The notes: a model not told the origin generated them from the sequence alone. DNA of 63,775 bases, filler included, from Dicyema japonicum (GCA_011109175.1; 10 parts of 10 records of this genome joined end to end with filler, not necessarily neighbours in it); one strand, 5' to 3'. Positions 51,300 to 63,016 are shown, counted from the first letter of the whole stretch. Translations and numbers: made by a program.

Positions 51300-51497
51300 T
51301 CTATGCACCATCTCGAGAACTTGCAAGATTTCGCTGTGGACATCATCCTTCACTTCTCGACTACCAAAACAAACTGGCTAAGGATGTCGATCCGACCTGT
51401 CCAATCTTCCTTGACAGACGACACACAGTAAGGCACCTCCTTCTGGAATGCAAAAACCTCACCGCCTTAAGAAAATCATACAGGATTAACGGTTCTA
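51300..51497 (+). mobile_element. I/R1-type LINE C-terminal zinc-finger fragment
   Basis: LARFRCGHH...DPTCPI....HTVRHLLLEC..L..LR. Confidence 0.65.
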
Positions 51498-51915
51498 GGT
51501 AAATTCATCGTCGGTAATTAAATCGCGAGGTAAATTCATCGCTGGTAATTACATCGCGGGTAATTACATCGCGAGGTTAAATTCATCGCTGGTAATTACA
51601 TCGCCGGTAAATTCATCGTTTTTTTGAAAAAATTATAAATAGTTAATGACAGTTTCTGGTCGACTACCGGCAATCTCTTTAATAAAAAAACATCAGAAAC
51701 TCAAGAAATTTAAAAGTTCAAGCTCCTCCCAATCCAGATTGCTTAGATCAATTGAAAATACCCACCGAATACAAATCAACTCATGCAAATGAACTGTTTC
51801 TTTTATATGACAGTGAAGACAGTTCAGACCGAATCATCATTTTTACAACAAATCTTTGTTTGTGTTGTGGGATTTATTTACCTGCAATAAATTTACTCGC
51901 GACAAATTTACCGTA
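51498..51915 (+). mobile_element. Non-autonomous MULE derivative with repetitive subterminal arrays
   Basis: Left array of ~14-16-nt GGTAA(A/T)T(T/A)CATCG units; inverted related units at the right end; internal IPTEYKST..ELFLLYDS...DRIIIFTT (animal MULE transposase motif). Confidence 0.7.
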
Positions 51916-52328
51916 TATTAAACTCTATTCTTGACTTATGGTGTGACCCTAAGAGGTCCGTCGGTTTTCTTCGTGCCGCATTCCTTCCAATTCAGGGTGG
52001 AATGAGGTTAAATAAATAAATTGTAAAACTGTTTTGTATTTTGCACTTTTTTGCTGTGATGAATAGCGATCATACATAGCGATATCATAATTAGTATCAC
52101 TATTAGGTCGTTACAAAATTTTAAAGAAAGGTCTTCGAGCATTTATAGCTTTTTGAAGGTTTCAACTGCCAAGTTTTAGAAAGATCGATTTGTAGTTCTT
52201 TAGAGTAAGAAATTAAGTCCCCATTTTCAAATTCATGACTGATGGAGTCATAAATAAGCTGTTTACTGTTGTGCCCAAATTGTCAAAAAGAATTTGGATA
52301 GCATAAAATCAAAAAAAAACAAACAGTA

Positions 52329-52936
52329 TTAGTTAGCCTTAACTGGTTTGGATGTCTATGTTTGGCAGACCATTGATGCCGCAGAGCCTTAAAGGCATCA
52401 AAATTCTTTTCGGCATCAGTGACAAGTCGAGGAGGCTCGGATTTTGCCTGTGTGATGGGAATTATGTCCTTTGAGACATTCACATTGATTTTTTCCTTGA
52501 GCGTGGAGCTGAAAGTATCTCAAGGAAAAAAATACAGCACTGATGGAGACATTTTTATTCTTCACGACCAACATCGACATATATTCCCGGAGACGAGCCA
52601 CGTTCGCAGTGAGACCTTTCCAAAGACTTGTTCTTCCGTCTGTAGTCCACAGATATTCCCACAGTGGGGGCGTAGGACTTGCTAAGACCAACACAGCCTT
52701 CAGTTCTTGCAGCTGAACCCTCGGCCTCTTCGGACACGGAAATTATAGCGCCTTGTGGACACTTCACAACGGGGCGAGGAGGGAAGTTGGCTGTAGAGGG
52801 TTGGCAGCCTTTTTTCAGCACGAAGACGTCTCCTCCTTATTCTTTTCATTGGCTGATCGAAACATGTCTTTATTCGTCTGGTCCAGTGTTTACGTCTATG
52901 GTCATTTGGCAGAGGTTGACTTCCAGCAAAAGGCAT
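52329..52936 (-). CDS. RPL13: 60S ribosomal protein eL13, one 27-nt intron, several single-base frameshifts (error-laden gene or pseudogene)
   Basis: HWTRRIKTCFDQP..RIRRR, RPVVKCP, RYNFRVRRGRGFS, TVGISVDYRRKNKS, ANVARLREY, RLVTDAEKNFDAFKALR. Confidence 0.85.
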
Positions 52937-53219
52937 TCAACAACAACAAACAAAAAATAAACGTGGGGCAAAATTTATTCAATATTACTTAATATATATT
53001 ATGTCGCGAGCGCGACGCGCACATATCGATTTTTTTTTAGCTATTAAATACAATAAAAAATACAAAAATAACGTTAGTACCATTGAGATAATATACCTAT
53101 ATATATAATATATTAAATTTATCTAATATATTTAAACGGCGTACCAGAATCATACAACATTTTTAATACCGTTGCCACGCTTAGTTTCGTTTTGTTGTAA
53201 CCATGCCACAATCAAACCA

Positions 53220-53540
53220 AAGATGCTTCATTCAAGATCAGATTGAATATCCCTAATTAAAGAAAATCCTCGAAGAGGAGATTCCACAGACAAACGACAG
53301 ATTCCATAGACGAAGGCTAATTAAAAAAAGCTGAATCTTTTGTCCTTATTTAGGGGCACATATATCTAAAGGATGCAAACATCAAGAAATTAGTCATTTC
53401 GTTGGACGATACGGAACAGATGACAATGCTTGCCGAACAGATTCATAAAATGAATCATTGTGGGCACAACGCATTGGAAAATTTCTGCAAAGAACAATTT
53501 TTTATCATTAAAAGAGAAATAAAAACATGTCTAACAATTC
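53220..53540 (+). mobile_element. Ginger/GIN-type integrase N-terminal (zinc-binding) fragment
   Basis: IKKAESF...IHKMNHCGHNALENFCKEQFFIIKRE. Confidence 0.5.
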
Positions 53541-53634
53541 GGTGATTAGATAAACTAGGCACACTAACACACAGTCACTAGCTTTTTGGTTAGGGATGGT
53601 TCTATTTTGAATAATTGACAGTATCAAGCACACC

Positions 53635-53668
53635 GCGGCCGAAGGCCGCATAGGGGAAGTGTTGCTAA
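53635..53668 (+). mobile_element. Helitron-like 3' terminus
   Basis: GC hairpin GCGGCCGAAGGCCGC followed 15 nt later by CTAA|T. Confidence 0.4.
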
Positions 53669-53805
53669 TTAAACATTAAAAAATTGGTTAGGGATGGTTC
53701 TATTTNNNNNNNNNNNNNNNNNNNNNNNNNNNNNNNNNNNNNNNNNNNNTTAATTAATTAANNNNNNNNNNNNNNNNNNNNNNNNNNNNNNNNNNNNNNN
53801 NNNNN

Positions 53806-54767
53806 TTTCCCTCACTCATCAAGACATGCCATAAAGTCCAAAATTCTTGGAGAACGTCTGGGAAGTGAAGAACTCAATTCTGTCCTCGAGAAACAATCGA
53901 ATGACCCAGGAATCAGTCTCAAAGTCCTGTCCGAGTCCCTGGTAGGCAATATCAAAGAAGGGGAACAGTCCTCGTTCCTTCAGTCGATACCATCACAATT
54001 CACTTTGATCAGAATCAGGAATTGTCTCCACTGATCATTCGAGAGCACCCCTCCCGAGGGGTTGTGACACGGGGCGCGGAGAAGGACGACCGAATTGTGC
54101 TCAGCGTTCTACCATGGACTGATAAGGGCAACCCCCAAGTCTTGGATTAGGCCTTTAAAGTCGACTCGTTGTTGTTTTGAGTCATAGTATCGATATCTAG
54201 ACAACTCAAAACCCGCAGCCTCAAAAAGAGTGATGTGTTGTTCTGNTAGACAACTCAAAACCAGCAGCCTCAAAAAGAGTGATGTGTTGTTCTGAGTGTT
54301 AGTCTATAGTGAGTACCCCAAGTCTGGATTGGGATGTATATTCTCTTTCTCGATTTGATCAGCAGTCGAGCCCCCAATGCCAGGGCGCCTGTTGCCCCGC
54401 ATGATTGGAAAGCAAGGATCTGCAAATATGTCTTGGACTTACTCTCTCGTTCGACGAATCTTGTTTATTCCCACCAAATACAAGTTTGGTGGCCAGGGGA
54501 GCCGATTCTGGGAGGCCGGCCAATGTGGAGTAAGCATGGGAGAAGTCCGGGTTGTTTAGAAGAGTAAGAGACACTTGTTTTACGACATCAAATTTGTGGA
54601 CTTTTTGGTCATCGCCAATGCACACTGGGAGTATTACATGAATGCGCACCTCCCAATAACAAGTTTAGTTTTCGTTCGTCTGTGTCCGTTTCGCATAGTT
54701 TGACGAGAGCAAACATTGAGTAAGTTGGCTTGCAATTTTTTACCATTTTCTGAAACTGGCTTGCCAT
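53806..54767 (-). CDS. GOT1: Aspartate aminotransferase (cytosolic-type), 5' ~60%, micro-introns, truncated at the linker
   Basis: DTDERKLNL, QSCGATGAL, TWEQH..FEAAGF, YRYYD, CHNPSG, LFPFFDIAYQG, SQTFSKNFGLY (PLP lysine). Confidence 0.9.
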
Positions 54768-54972
54768 TTATTTATAGGAAAGGTGTTCCAAACCATAATT
54801 GTTGGCTTTCAATTGATAGACCCCACCCTACCTCTTCGCATAGTTTGACGAGATCAAACATTGAGTAAACTGGCTTGCCATTTTCCACCATTTTCTGAAA
54901 CTGGCTTGCCATTTATTTATAGGAAAGGTGTTCCAAACCATAATTGTTGGCTTTTAATTGATAGACTCCACC
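54691..54972. repeat. Tandem duplication (~138 bp) of the GOT1 start and 5' flank
   Basis: 54691-54828 vs 54835-54972, diverged at several sites. Confidence 0.85.
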
Positions 54973-55566
54973 CAAAATTTTATTTATCGTTGGATTCGAG
55001 TATAGTTGGTTAGATCATACTGGATACTTATTCCAGTTCCTTGGCTGATTTAGGGTTGATATGTATAACATCATAAACTTTGTTATTGTTGACTTACAAA
55101 TTAAAAAACTGGATTAAAACCTTTTAGGTTTTGTTTCCGGAGTCCTTGTTACCCTTACCTTTGAAAACAGTGGTTTCATCGGTATAGGTCTCCACGAAGA
55201 CCCAGGGCCCAGACCAGCTGGCTGTTCCAAAGAGAAAAATAATAATAATAATATCTTTGTTAATAGAAATCAATCCAAAAAACACTATTTATAACAATAA
55301 CTTCATAAGAACCACAAACAAAAGTGGTCTGTGGAGTAGAACTACAACAATTACTTTATATTTTAATTTTCCCCGTATTTACTCCTCAAAAACTGCCATG
55401 TTCTTCAATAATTTTTTTCCTGCACATTTTTTCCGCTCCGTCGACGTTTTTAATCATTGATATATATTTTTCACGGGATTGAATAAAATTCAATTGTTAG
55501 TATCCGATATTTTTACCTTATATTTTTCATCTTTCAATGCAACTTCGAAAATCTGATCTATTCCTT

Positions 55567-55858
55567 TATTCCCGACATTTTCAATTACTCATGGCATAAA
55601 ATTAAAAAAATAATCAAATTTATTAAAAAATCAAATTTATTTAGGACTTACAAATTCAAAATCACCTTTTATTCAAGGATAAAGAGTGTCGATGTCTTGG
55701 GAAATTTCATCTACTCCCCTATTCCCGACATTTTCAATTACTAATGCCATAAAATTAAAAAAATAATCAAATTAATTAAAAAATCAAATTTATTTAGGAC
55801 TTACAAATTCAAAATCACCTTTTATTCAAACATAAAGAGTGTCGATGTCTTGGGAAAT
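55567..55858. repeat. 153-bp period tandem pair, each unit with an imperfect terminal inverted repeat (MITE-like)
   Basis: Units start TATTCCCGACA and end TGTCTTGGGAA. Confidence 0.75.
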
Positions 55859-56379
55859 CTTTATTTTGTTTGTTATTAAATGATTTAATTATTCAGAAAT
55901 ACAATGTTCACAAAATGAAAAGAATGTATGATTGAAATAATGAGCAAGCCAACACTATAAATTAGGGAGATAATGTCGTTGAATCGAGAGAAATTTTAAT
56001 TATCAGCTCTTATTCAACTTATCATTGTGCATGAAAATAAGTTTCTACAAGGGTACAAAGGGCCTTTAACTGATACCATTCCTTTTATGTTCTGTTTTAA
56101 GCTTTTTCGGGTTGCTATAAATTGATTTATGACAAGTTTTTTGATCTAAGTGGAGCTTATTTATGATGCATAATTTCACTCAAATCAAGTTAATTGCAAT
56201 CTGAAATCCCCTTGTGCAAAACTGCTTTTAATTGTGACTACTGGATTTAACACTAATTAGAGAGCAGAGGTGGAACAAGGAAATACTGATTTTTGACGAC
56301 TGAAAAATGGAATACTGTAGCATGTCACTTTAATGTTGGAATAAGATTTGTAAAGAGTTTCTAAACTCTCTAGACGTGC

Positions 56380-56500
56380 AAATGTCACCGTGGCTAACCG
56401 GGAGGATTGCTGCTCCCAGCCAAGGTCATCGAGAGGGGCATTACAGATTGTTTCGAGGCATGATCTGAGAGCACGGTCGAAGTTCTTCCCGATTCCAATA
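56380..56500 (-). mobile_element. Short CRE-like fragment
   Basis: FDRALRSCLETICNAPLDDLGWEQ. Confidence 0.5.
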
Positions 56501-56610
56501 ATTCGGGAGTGACTTTAATATTTCCTTGTTCCACTTAATTTTCCCTGCATTGACATTAATGTGATTGATTATTCAATCCAATATTTCCTTGTTCCACTTT
56601 TTATCTCTAA

Positions 56611-56640
56611 CTAGCTCAGCAGCTCGCTTCGCTCACCGCG
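56611..56640 (-). mobile_element. Helitron-like 3' terminus
   Basis: Minus strand GAGCGAAGCGAGC-TGCTGAG-CTAG|T (GCGAAGC mini-hairpin + CTAG). Confidence 0.5.
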
Positions 56641-56910
56641 ACCTAGCTCCTGCGGAGGGCCTGTTTCATCAAACAACTATAAGTTTATGTAGATATATAA
56701 AACGACCTGGTTTGATGTAACCCTATTCTAACGCCTGTTGATAAACGATGTTTGTCGTCCGTCCTTGGCATATATGAATAAATTTTCTCTTCTGCCTACC
56801 CTTGAGCATCNNNNNNNNNNNNNNNNNNNNNNNNNNNNNNNNNNNNNNNNNNNNTTAATTAATTAANNNNNNNNNNNNNNNNNNNNNNNNNNNNNNNNNN
56901 NNNNNNNNNN

Positions 56911-57302
56911 GTGGATAAATTCCTTTTGCTCCTAAGGTCGTTTAAGGATCGTCTTGAAATAACACGTTTGAATATTTCGGAAAAGATAGCGGACACTCTT
57001 GTAAGCGAAATCCCTGGATTTTGATCGATAAATTTTATAATTTGGAGTTTTTGGGAATTTTTCAATCTTGTACAATTACGTTTCATTATTATTAATGGGA
57101 CCAACAAAACAAAAAAATGATAATGTCTCGTGTAAAAGTGTTTTTGAATTAAAAAAATAAAAATAATTAAGAAAATAAAAAAATATATTTCTAAAAATGT
57201 GGCGGATTCGAGAAAATTGGCGGATTCGAGAATTTCTCATAGGAAATTTGTATTTTTAAAAAATGCGCGGATTCGAGAGACGGGATCCGAGAGGTTTTAC
57301 TG
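56911..57302 (-). mobile_element. pogo/Tigger 5' end: TIR, subterminal GGATTCGAGA repeats and HTH-psq start
   Basis: TA|CAGTAAAACCTCTC terminus; RLKNSQKLQIIKFIDQNP..ISRRSLNDL. Confidence 0.8.
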
Positions 57303-57339
57303 TATATGAAATACAGCTTATACACATTCAATGTTTATT

Positions 57340-57590
57340 ACATTACAAGATTCAATAATTTCTATCAAACCTCGCTTGAAATTCTCACCATTAAGAGAAT
57401 GATCATAAATTTTATGGAAAATCGTTCCATATTCATTCATAGCTGCCAAACAGGATGTTGCGACTTCTTGCAGCTGCTACGTTAACATAAGGTGAAGTCC
57501 CTCCTTTAGATCGACCTCTTTTTGGCCTGATTACAACAGCGAAGCCAACTTCATCAATAAAATTACAAAATACGTTTTCTGATTTTGATC
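57340..57590 (-). mobile_element. IS630/Tc1-like DDE transposase fragment
   Basis: FIDEVGFAVVIRPKRGRSKGG...RSRN. Confidence 0.65.
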
Positions 57591-57619
57591 ACACTAAAAA
57601 TCCGAATAGATCGAGAAAC

Positions 57620-59930
57620 CATCTAATCTGAATCTTCAATATTTGTCTGTCGACTTTGTGCACAACCTTCTTCTTTTAGACCCATCCAGGGGTAAAATTG
57701 ATCCTTGTCTCCGGTTATCAATTTGCATGGGCGATTCTGAGTTATCTTCCAGTTCTACTTCATCAGACTTTTTTTTCGTAGAATGGAATGGATAATCCGT
57801 ATTTATTATCCACTTGCATGCTCCCAGGGTCTCCCGTAGCACGACCAACGGGATATGTTTTCGTTTCTCTTTGTATTCCAAGGTAGTCGAGGTGACTTTT
57901 TGTAGTACGTAGACACAATAAGGTCCAGGTAAGAGATTATCCTAACTGTTGCTTTGTGAATAATTTCAGTTCGCGTGCTTGCAGGCCTTATTTGTGCATT
58001 TTCTCACTTCGACCTATTTCAAGCGACTCTGGGACGTTATTCTGACCTCGATAAGGGTAATCGTGCTTCTGGCCTTGTCACAGACAAAGATATCGGTTTG
58101 CTGTTTTTCCACAACAGTGTCGGTACTGCTCGTTGTATCTACTCTTATTTCGGCGAATTCATTAGCCTCCCACATCTCGTGGCGAGGTGGTCAATTGTCT
58201 TTTTTGCCAAATTACACTGATTACATTTTACTTTCACCATACCCAAAAAACAGGTTGCGGTCATACAGTAAGCACAGCATTTCTTCAGGTGGTGGGGAGT
58301 TATTTCCGTGTATTAGCCACCCTGCTGATTCGACGACGTTAACATCAGTGGTTTCAGGCATATTTCTTCCCAATTTTTTTCTAGTCTTTTTTGTATGATT
58401 TTTAAGATTTCTGATTTTCTCAAGCAGTGATTAGCTTTGTGACAAGGTCTCCAAGAAACTGTAGGAGCATTCGTTCATCTTCTGCTCGAGACCCAGACCC
58501 AATTTATCGCTTGGCAAATATAGCCTTCCTTTGTTTGCCGGAAATGTATTCTATTGCCCGTTAGGATTTTGCGAATTTTCTTGTCGATGCATTCGAATTC
58601 TCGTGGCTTGATATAAATAAGCTCGATATAATAATTTACAAGGGTACAGTAATTCGTTGATTGCCTTGAACTGAAGTTAGTTTCGTGCTGCTAGTCTTCT
58701 AATTTCGTATAGATGCTTCTTCCGAGAATTTTGAGCATAACATCTTGCATCAATACGCACTGTCCTTGTCTTTGAGCACACCCAGATATCCTTTTCAGTC
58801 CGTCAAGAAATCGAGCTTTCTGTGCCAGAGATTCGACATTGGTCGCAGACTTTTCGAAGTTTCTCTTCAACCCAGTCGCATCAAAAAACGATTCAACTTC
58901 TTCCAGCATTTTAACCATTGTGGTGGATTCATAAGAAAAAAACTTAATGCCATCCATAAAAAGAAGGTGGTTGTATATGCTCTTCGTTTCCAGCGCTTCC
59001 TATTTTCACTTTTGAGAATTTCCAGTTTAACATTCGACTAAGTGGATCCATCAATAGAACAAAAATCTGATCGAGAAAGAATCGCCCTGAAATATTCCTT
59101 GTTGTAGTTTGACTTCCCTCAATGATCTATTCTGAAGGTAAGCTTTATCTTTCATTTTGTTAAGAGTTACGATATGAAGATTACAGTCCAACTAGGGAAT
59201 CCAGAGTTTTGCAATATCATGTTCAGGAAATCATGGTCAACCGAGTCGAATGGCTTCTTGACATCGATCCACAATGAGGATAATTGGTTAGCGTTTTTTA
59301 GGTTGATATACTGATTAACAATAGCTTGTTCTTTCGCACCTTGGCACATTCTTCTTGTAACGAGTTGATTGTCGCCGATAAGACCGAATGCATCGAAATA
59401 GTTGGACAGCTTATTGTTTACACATTTTGTAGTAAGTTTATACAAGTTTGGCATACATGTGACTGGCTTCAAATCTCGGGGAGTTGCAAATTTCTTTTCT
59501 AGGATCATGTACGTAACCCCGGTGTAGAAAAAAATCATCAGTGATTATTTTAACTATTTCTTCCCATAGGGTATCATGGACTGAGGTAAATTTCTTTAAA
59601 AAGAAATTGTATGCCACATCAAATCCAGATGCTTTCCAGATTGGAGTCCTTTGACGACATCTAAGATTGCTTCTTTGGTCATATCAGCACAGACATTATC
59701 GAAGCCTGTCACTCTTGTGATCACTGGGAATCGAGAGTCCCCTTTTTTCCTGACATTCATCCGTTTCGAAGTTAACCGTAGCATTTCCGCACTCTCCAAT
59801 CACAATCCTGTAGAACCTTCTCCTACCAGTTGTCTTTACTGTATCCTTTTCTCGGTTCGTAAATGTGTAGTTTTTTCTTAATGAATCACATCTCCTGCAG
59901 GATTTTGGTAACAATCCTTTAATAAGGCAT
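57620..59930 (-). mobile_element. R4/Dong-like RLE retrotransposon (RT, CCHC, PD-(D/E)xK nuclease), decayed
   Basis: VTCMPNLYKLTT, CQGAKEQ, WIDVKKPFDSVDH, RLYLPSDKLG, TIDHLATRC, EIRVDT..DIFVCDK..ITLIEV. Confidence 0.85.
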
Positions 59931-60170
59931 ATATCCAGTCGGTCGTGCTACGGAAGACCCTGGGGAGCATGCAAGTGGACACAGATTATCCATTCTAAGC
60001 TACAAAGAAAAGAAGCTGATGAAGTAAGAATGGAGGATAACTCTAAATCGCCCATACAAATTGATAAACGAAGACAAAGACTCATTCTGCTCTCTTTGGA
60101 TGGCTCTGAGAGAAGAAGGTTGTGTACAGAGTGACAGACAAATATCGAAGATTCCAGATTATATTAATAA
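59930..60170 (+). mobile_element. 3' end of the same R4-like family in the opposite orientation
   Basis: Reverse-complement homologue of ~57620-57860 (ggtcgtgctacgg..gaccctgg..agcatgcaagtgga). Confidence 0.75.
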
Positions 60171-60249
60171 TTACATTTGTAATTAATAACTGTGTAGCTT
60201 GATATTTATAATTATAATATACATTTATAAATAAATTTTAATTAATCAA

Positions 60250-61773
60250 ATGGGACAATATTGTGGTGGAGGTAAATAATATTCTTTAAATTGCAAGATG
60301 AAATTGGAGCTCTTGTATTCGACATAGGAAGCTACACTTCCAAGGCAGGCTACGCCGGGGATGAGTTTCCTTGCGTATTTAACTCTCACGATGGTTCCAG
60401 GTCGATTATCGGAGCTTATTGACCTTGGACACCGACGGAGAAAAGAAGCCAAAATGCATATATGGGAATAACTTTCTCACTGCGCCTGTTGCCAACCGAG
60501 AAGTCCTCTCCTTCCACGACAAAGAAGGCTTAGGTTCATCCACTAAACAACCTCTCAGTCAATAACTGGGACTATTTTGAAATCATGATTGGTCACATAT
60601 ACTCCAATGGCCTATCCGCGAACCCTTCCGAACATCCCGTGCTTCTCTCAGAACCATCTGTAATGCCTCCTCAACGTGAGCCCAGGGAATCCTTCGAAAT
60701 CAGAGGGAAAAAACAACTTGAAATTATGTTTGAGAGCTTCAAGGTCCCTGCCCTCAATTTCCGGCCTTCGGCAGTTCTTTGCGCGTATTGCCCTTCTCAT
60801 AATGCTCAGATTTGCCAACGGAAAACCCACAGCGTTGGTAGTAGAGAGCGGGCATTTTCTGACTTCCGTGACCCCAGTCCTCGATGGTTATGCAATTCAT
60901 AATGGTTAACCACGTGATTATCACTCGAGTAGCTGTACGTAGATCTACGGTGGCCGGCACTTCTTAATGGAAAGATGCGACATGTTACTTAAAAATGCAA
61001 AATTTAATATTTCTGACTGTATTTTGATCGAATCGAAGGAATGTGTTCCCGAAGGAAGATTACCAAAGTTCACAAAGCGGAATATCCCCGACTTGACCGA
61101 GTCGTACACGGCCTATTTAAAAAATGTGACCCTTTCTTGTTTATGAATAGAATTTTTTGAAGGACATGGCAACCTCGATCATCCGTTTCCACGAATATAA
61201 CACAAAGGATGTGTAATATTTTTAACATTACATCTAAGTAACGCTGATAGACTCCCAGGAATCAGCTACGAGTTTCCCAACGGATATTCCCATACTTTTG
61301 TGAATGAAAGGTACAAATTGGCCGACTCCTTCATTGAGGCGGTTAGAGAGTTTTCGTTTATGTCTAGTCAGGTATCGTGAACATGATACTTTCGACTTCG
61401 GCACAAACCGACGTTGATATTCGACCGGCGAGATTACGTTTTTTGAGATTTTAGGCTCTTTTCTCAAACGTAGTATTGGCTGGAGGGAATATTTTGTATG
61501 GAGGGTTGTCAGAGCGAATTATCAAGGAGTTGTGTATGCGGACTTCTTCGGTTGATTCCGAGTGATGATTAGTTTAGAATATTCGAATAAAATAAACCCT
61601 CCATCCAACATTGCGGAAAAGAGGTTTATTCACTGTAGTGCCTGGATTGGGGGGTCTATTCTGGCATCTTTGGTTCTATAATTTTCTATATGGCGTAGGG
61701 CTCATTTCACAGCCTTTGGACGTCCAAGAAGAATTATGAAGAAGTCGGAAATGCAGTTTTGGACAAAATGTGA
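60250..61773 (+). CDS. ACTL6A: Actin-like protein 6 (BAF53/Arp4); 12 introns of ~25-28 nt, several homopolymer frameshifts
   Basis: MGQYCGG|[63 protein letters not shown]|GSF..W.SK..YEE. Confidence 0.9.
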
Positions 61774-61906
61774 TTTGCTTTTTTTGTTCGATTTTTGTGT
61801 TTTTTATTAAAATGTGTATCGTCTCTTCCCTGAATTTGACTTAATCTCGGCACGTTAAGACGAGTACATGTTCTTTTATTTTTCTAATGAAAGTACTTGT
61901 CATATA

Positions 61907-62100
61907 CAGTCAAATCCCTCTAAACCGACTCCTCGGTATGCCGGAATTCCCTTAAAACCGGACTAAACTTCTAGTCCCGATTCACCTCATAGGCCATCAC
62001 TGTTATTTCATCTTCGATATACCGGATCTCCTCTATTCCGAATACAGACCGTATTTTGTGGTCCCAGCCTGAATTTTCTTTTATCATAAACCGGCCTTCT
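61907..62100 (+). mobile_element. pogo/Tigger-type left end
   Basis: TA|CAGTCAAATCCCTC terminus with subterminal (A/T)CCGG repeats. Confidence 0.55.
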
Positions 62101-62122
62101 GACATCAATCTTTGATCTAATC

Positions 62123-62190
62123 CAGTGCTTCCCGATTGGGGGTGTCCGCACCCCCTAGGGATGCCTGAAATTTTTTAGGGGGTGCCTGGA
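62123..62190 (+). mobile_element. hAT-like terminal sequence
   Basis: CAGTGCTTCCC..GGGGTGTCCGCACCCCCTAGGG, typical of Charlie-type ends. Confidence 0.5.
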
Positions 62191-62519
62191 ACGATCAGCC
62201 CTCGTTAATCCGAACTTCAATAATCCGAATTTTTTTAATTGAAATTNNNNNNNNNNNNNNNNNNNNNNNNNNNNNNNNNNNNNNNNNNNNTTAATTAATT
62301 AANNNNNNNNNNNNNNNNNNNNNNNNNNNNNNNNNNNNNNNNNNNNCCTTATTGGACTAATCCTGCCACTCTTAAACCCTTTAGATTAATAAAAATGACC
62401 CAATCAACTACACTTTACTGCCAATAAATTATTCATAACTACCGGTTTTTTTCGAAAAAATTTGGCACGATTTTTTTGAATTAAATTTTATAAATTAATT
62501 TAATAAGTTGTGTAATTGT

Positions 62520-62830
62520 TCAGAGTCTTATTATTCTGAAAGGTCTCAAAAATGTTCCTAAATGTAAAATTCCAAAAAATATTATTGTTGTTGCGTCTGA
62601 AGAAGGTTTTATTTATTCATAAATTTACGAAGGAATTTACACAAATGTTATCGAAAAAGGCCAAGCTGGGAATGTGTTTTGCAAATGAGATTTATTTCAA
62701 TAATTAGTTGTTGCGTCTGAAGGAGGTTTTATTTATTCATTAATTTACGAAGGAATTTACACAAATGTTATCGAAAACGGCCAAGCTGGGAATGTGTTTT
62801 GCAAATGAGATTTATTTCAATAATTAAAAG
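62520..62830 (+). mobile_element. pogo DDE fragment with an internal ~120-bp tandem duplication
   Basis: IILKGLKNVPKCKIPKNIIVVASEEG; unit repeated at ~62588 and ~62707. Confidence 0.6.
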
Positions 62831-63016
62831 TTTAGAATGCTGCGGAATTGCACAGAGATAAAAAAGTTTCTCTTGATTTTTTTATTCAAATCTGAAAAGA
62901 AGAATGTCGCAAATGTTGAATTAGAGAATAAATATGACGGTATTTTTGATGAAATGGAAATAATTATCGATGATATTGAAAATGTTTTTTGTATTCGATT
63001 ATAAAATTTATTTTTT

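Noticed and set aside
51498-51620. CRISPR-like array
   Set aside because: Units are contiguous with no unique spacers, context is eukaryotic, and MULE transposase sequence is adjacent
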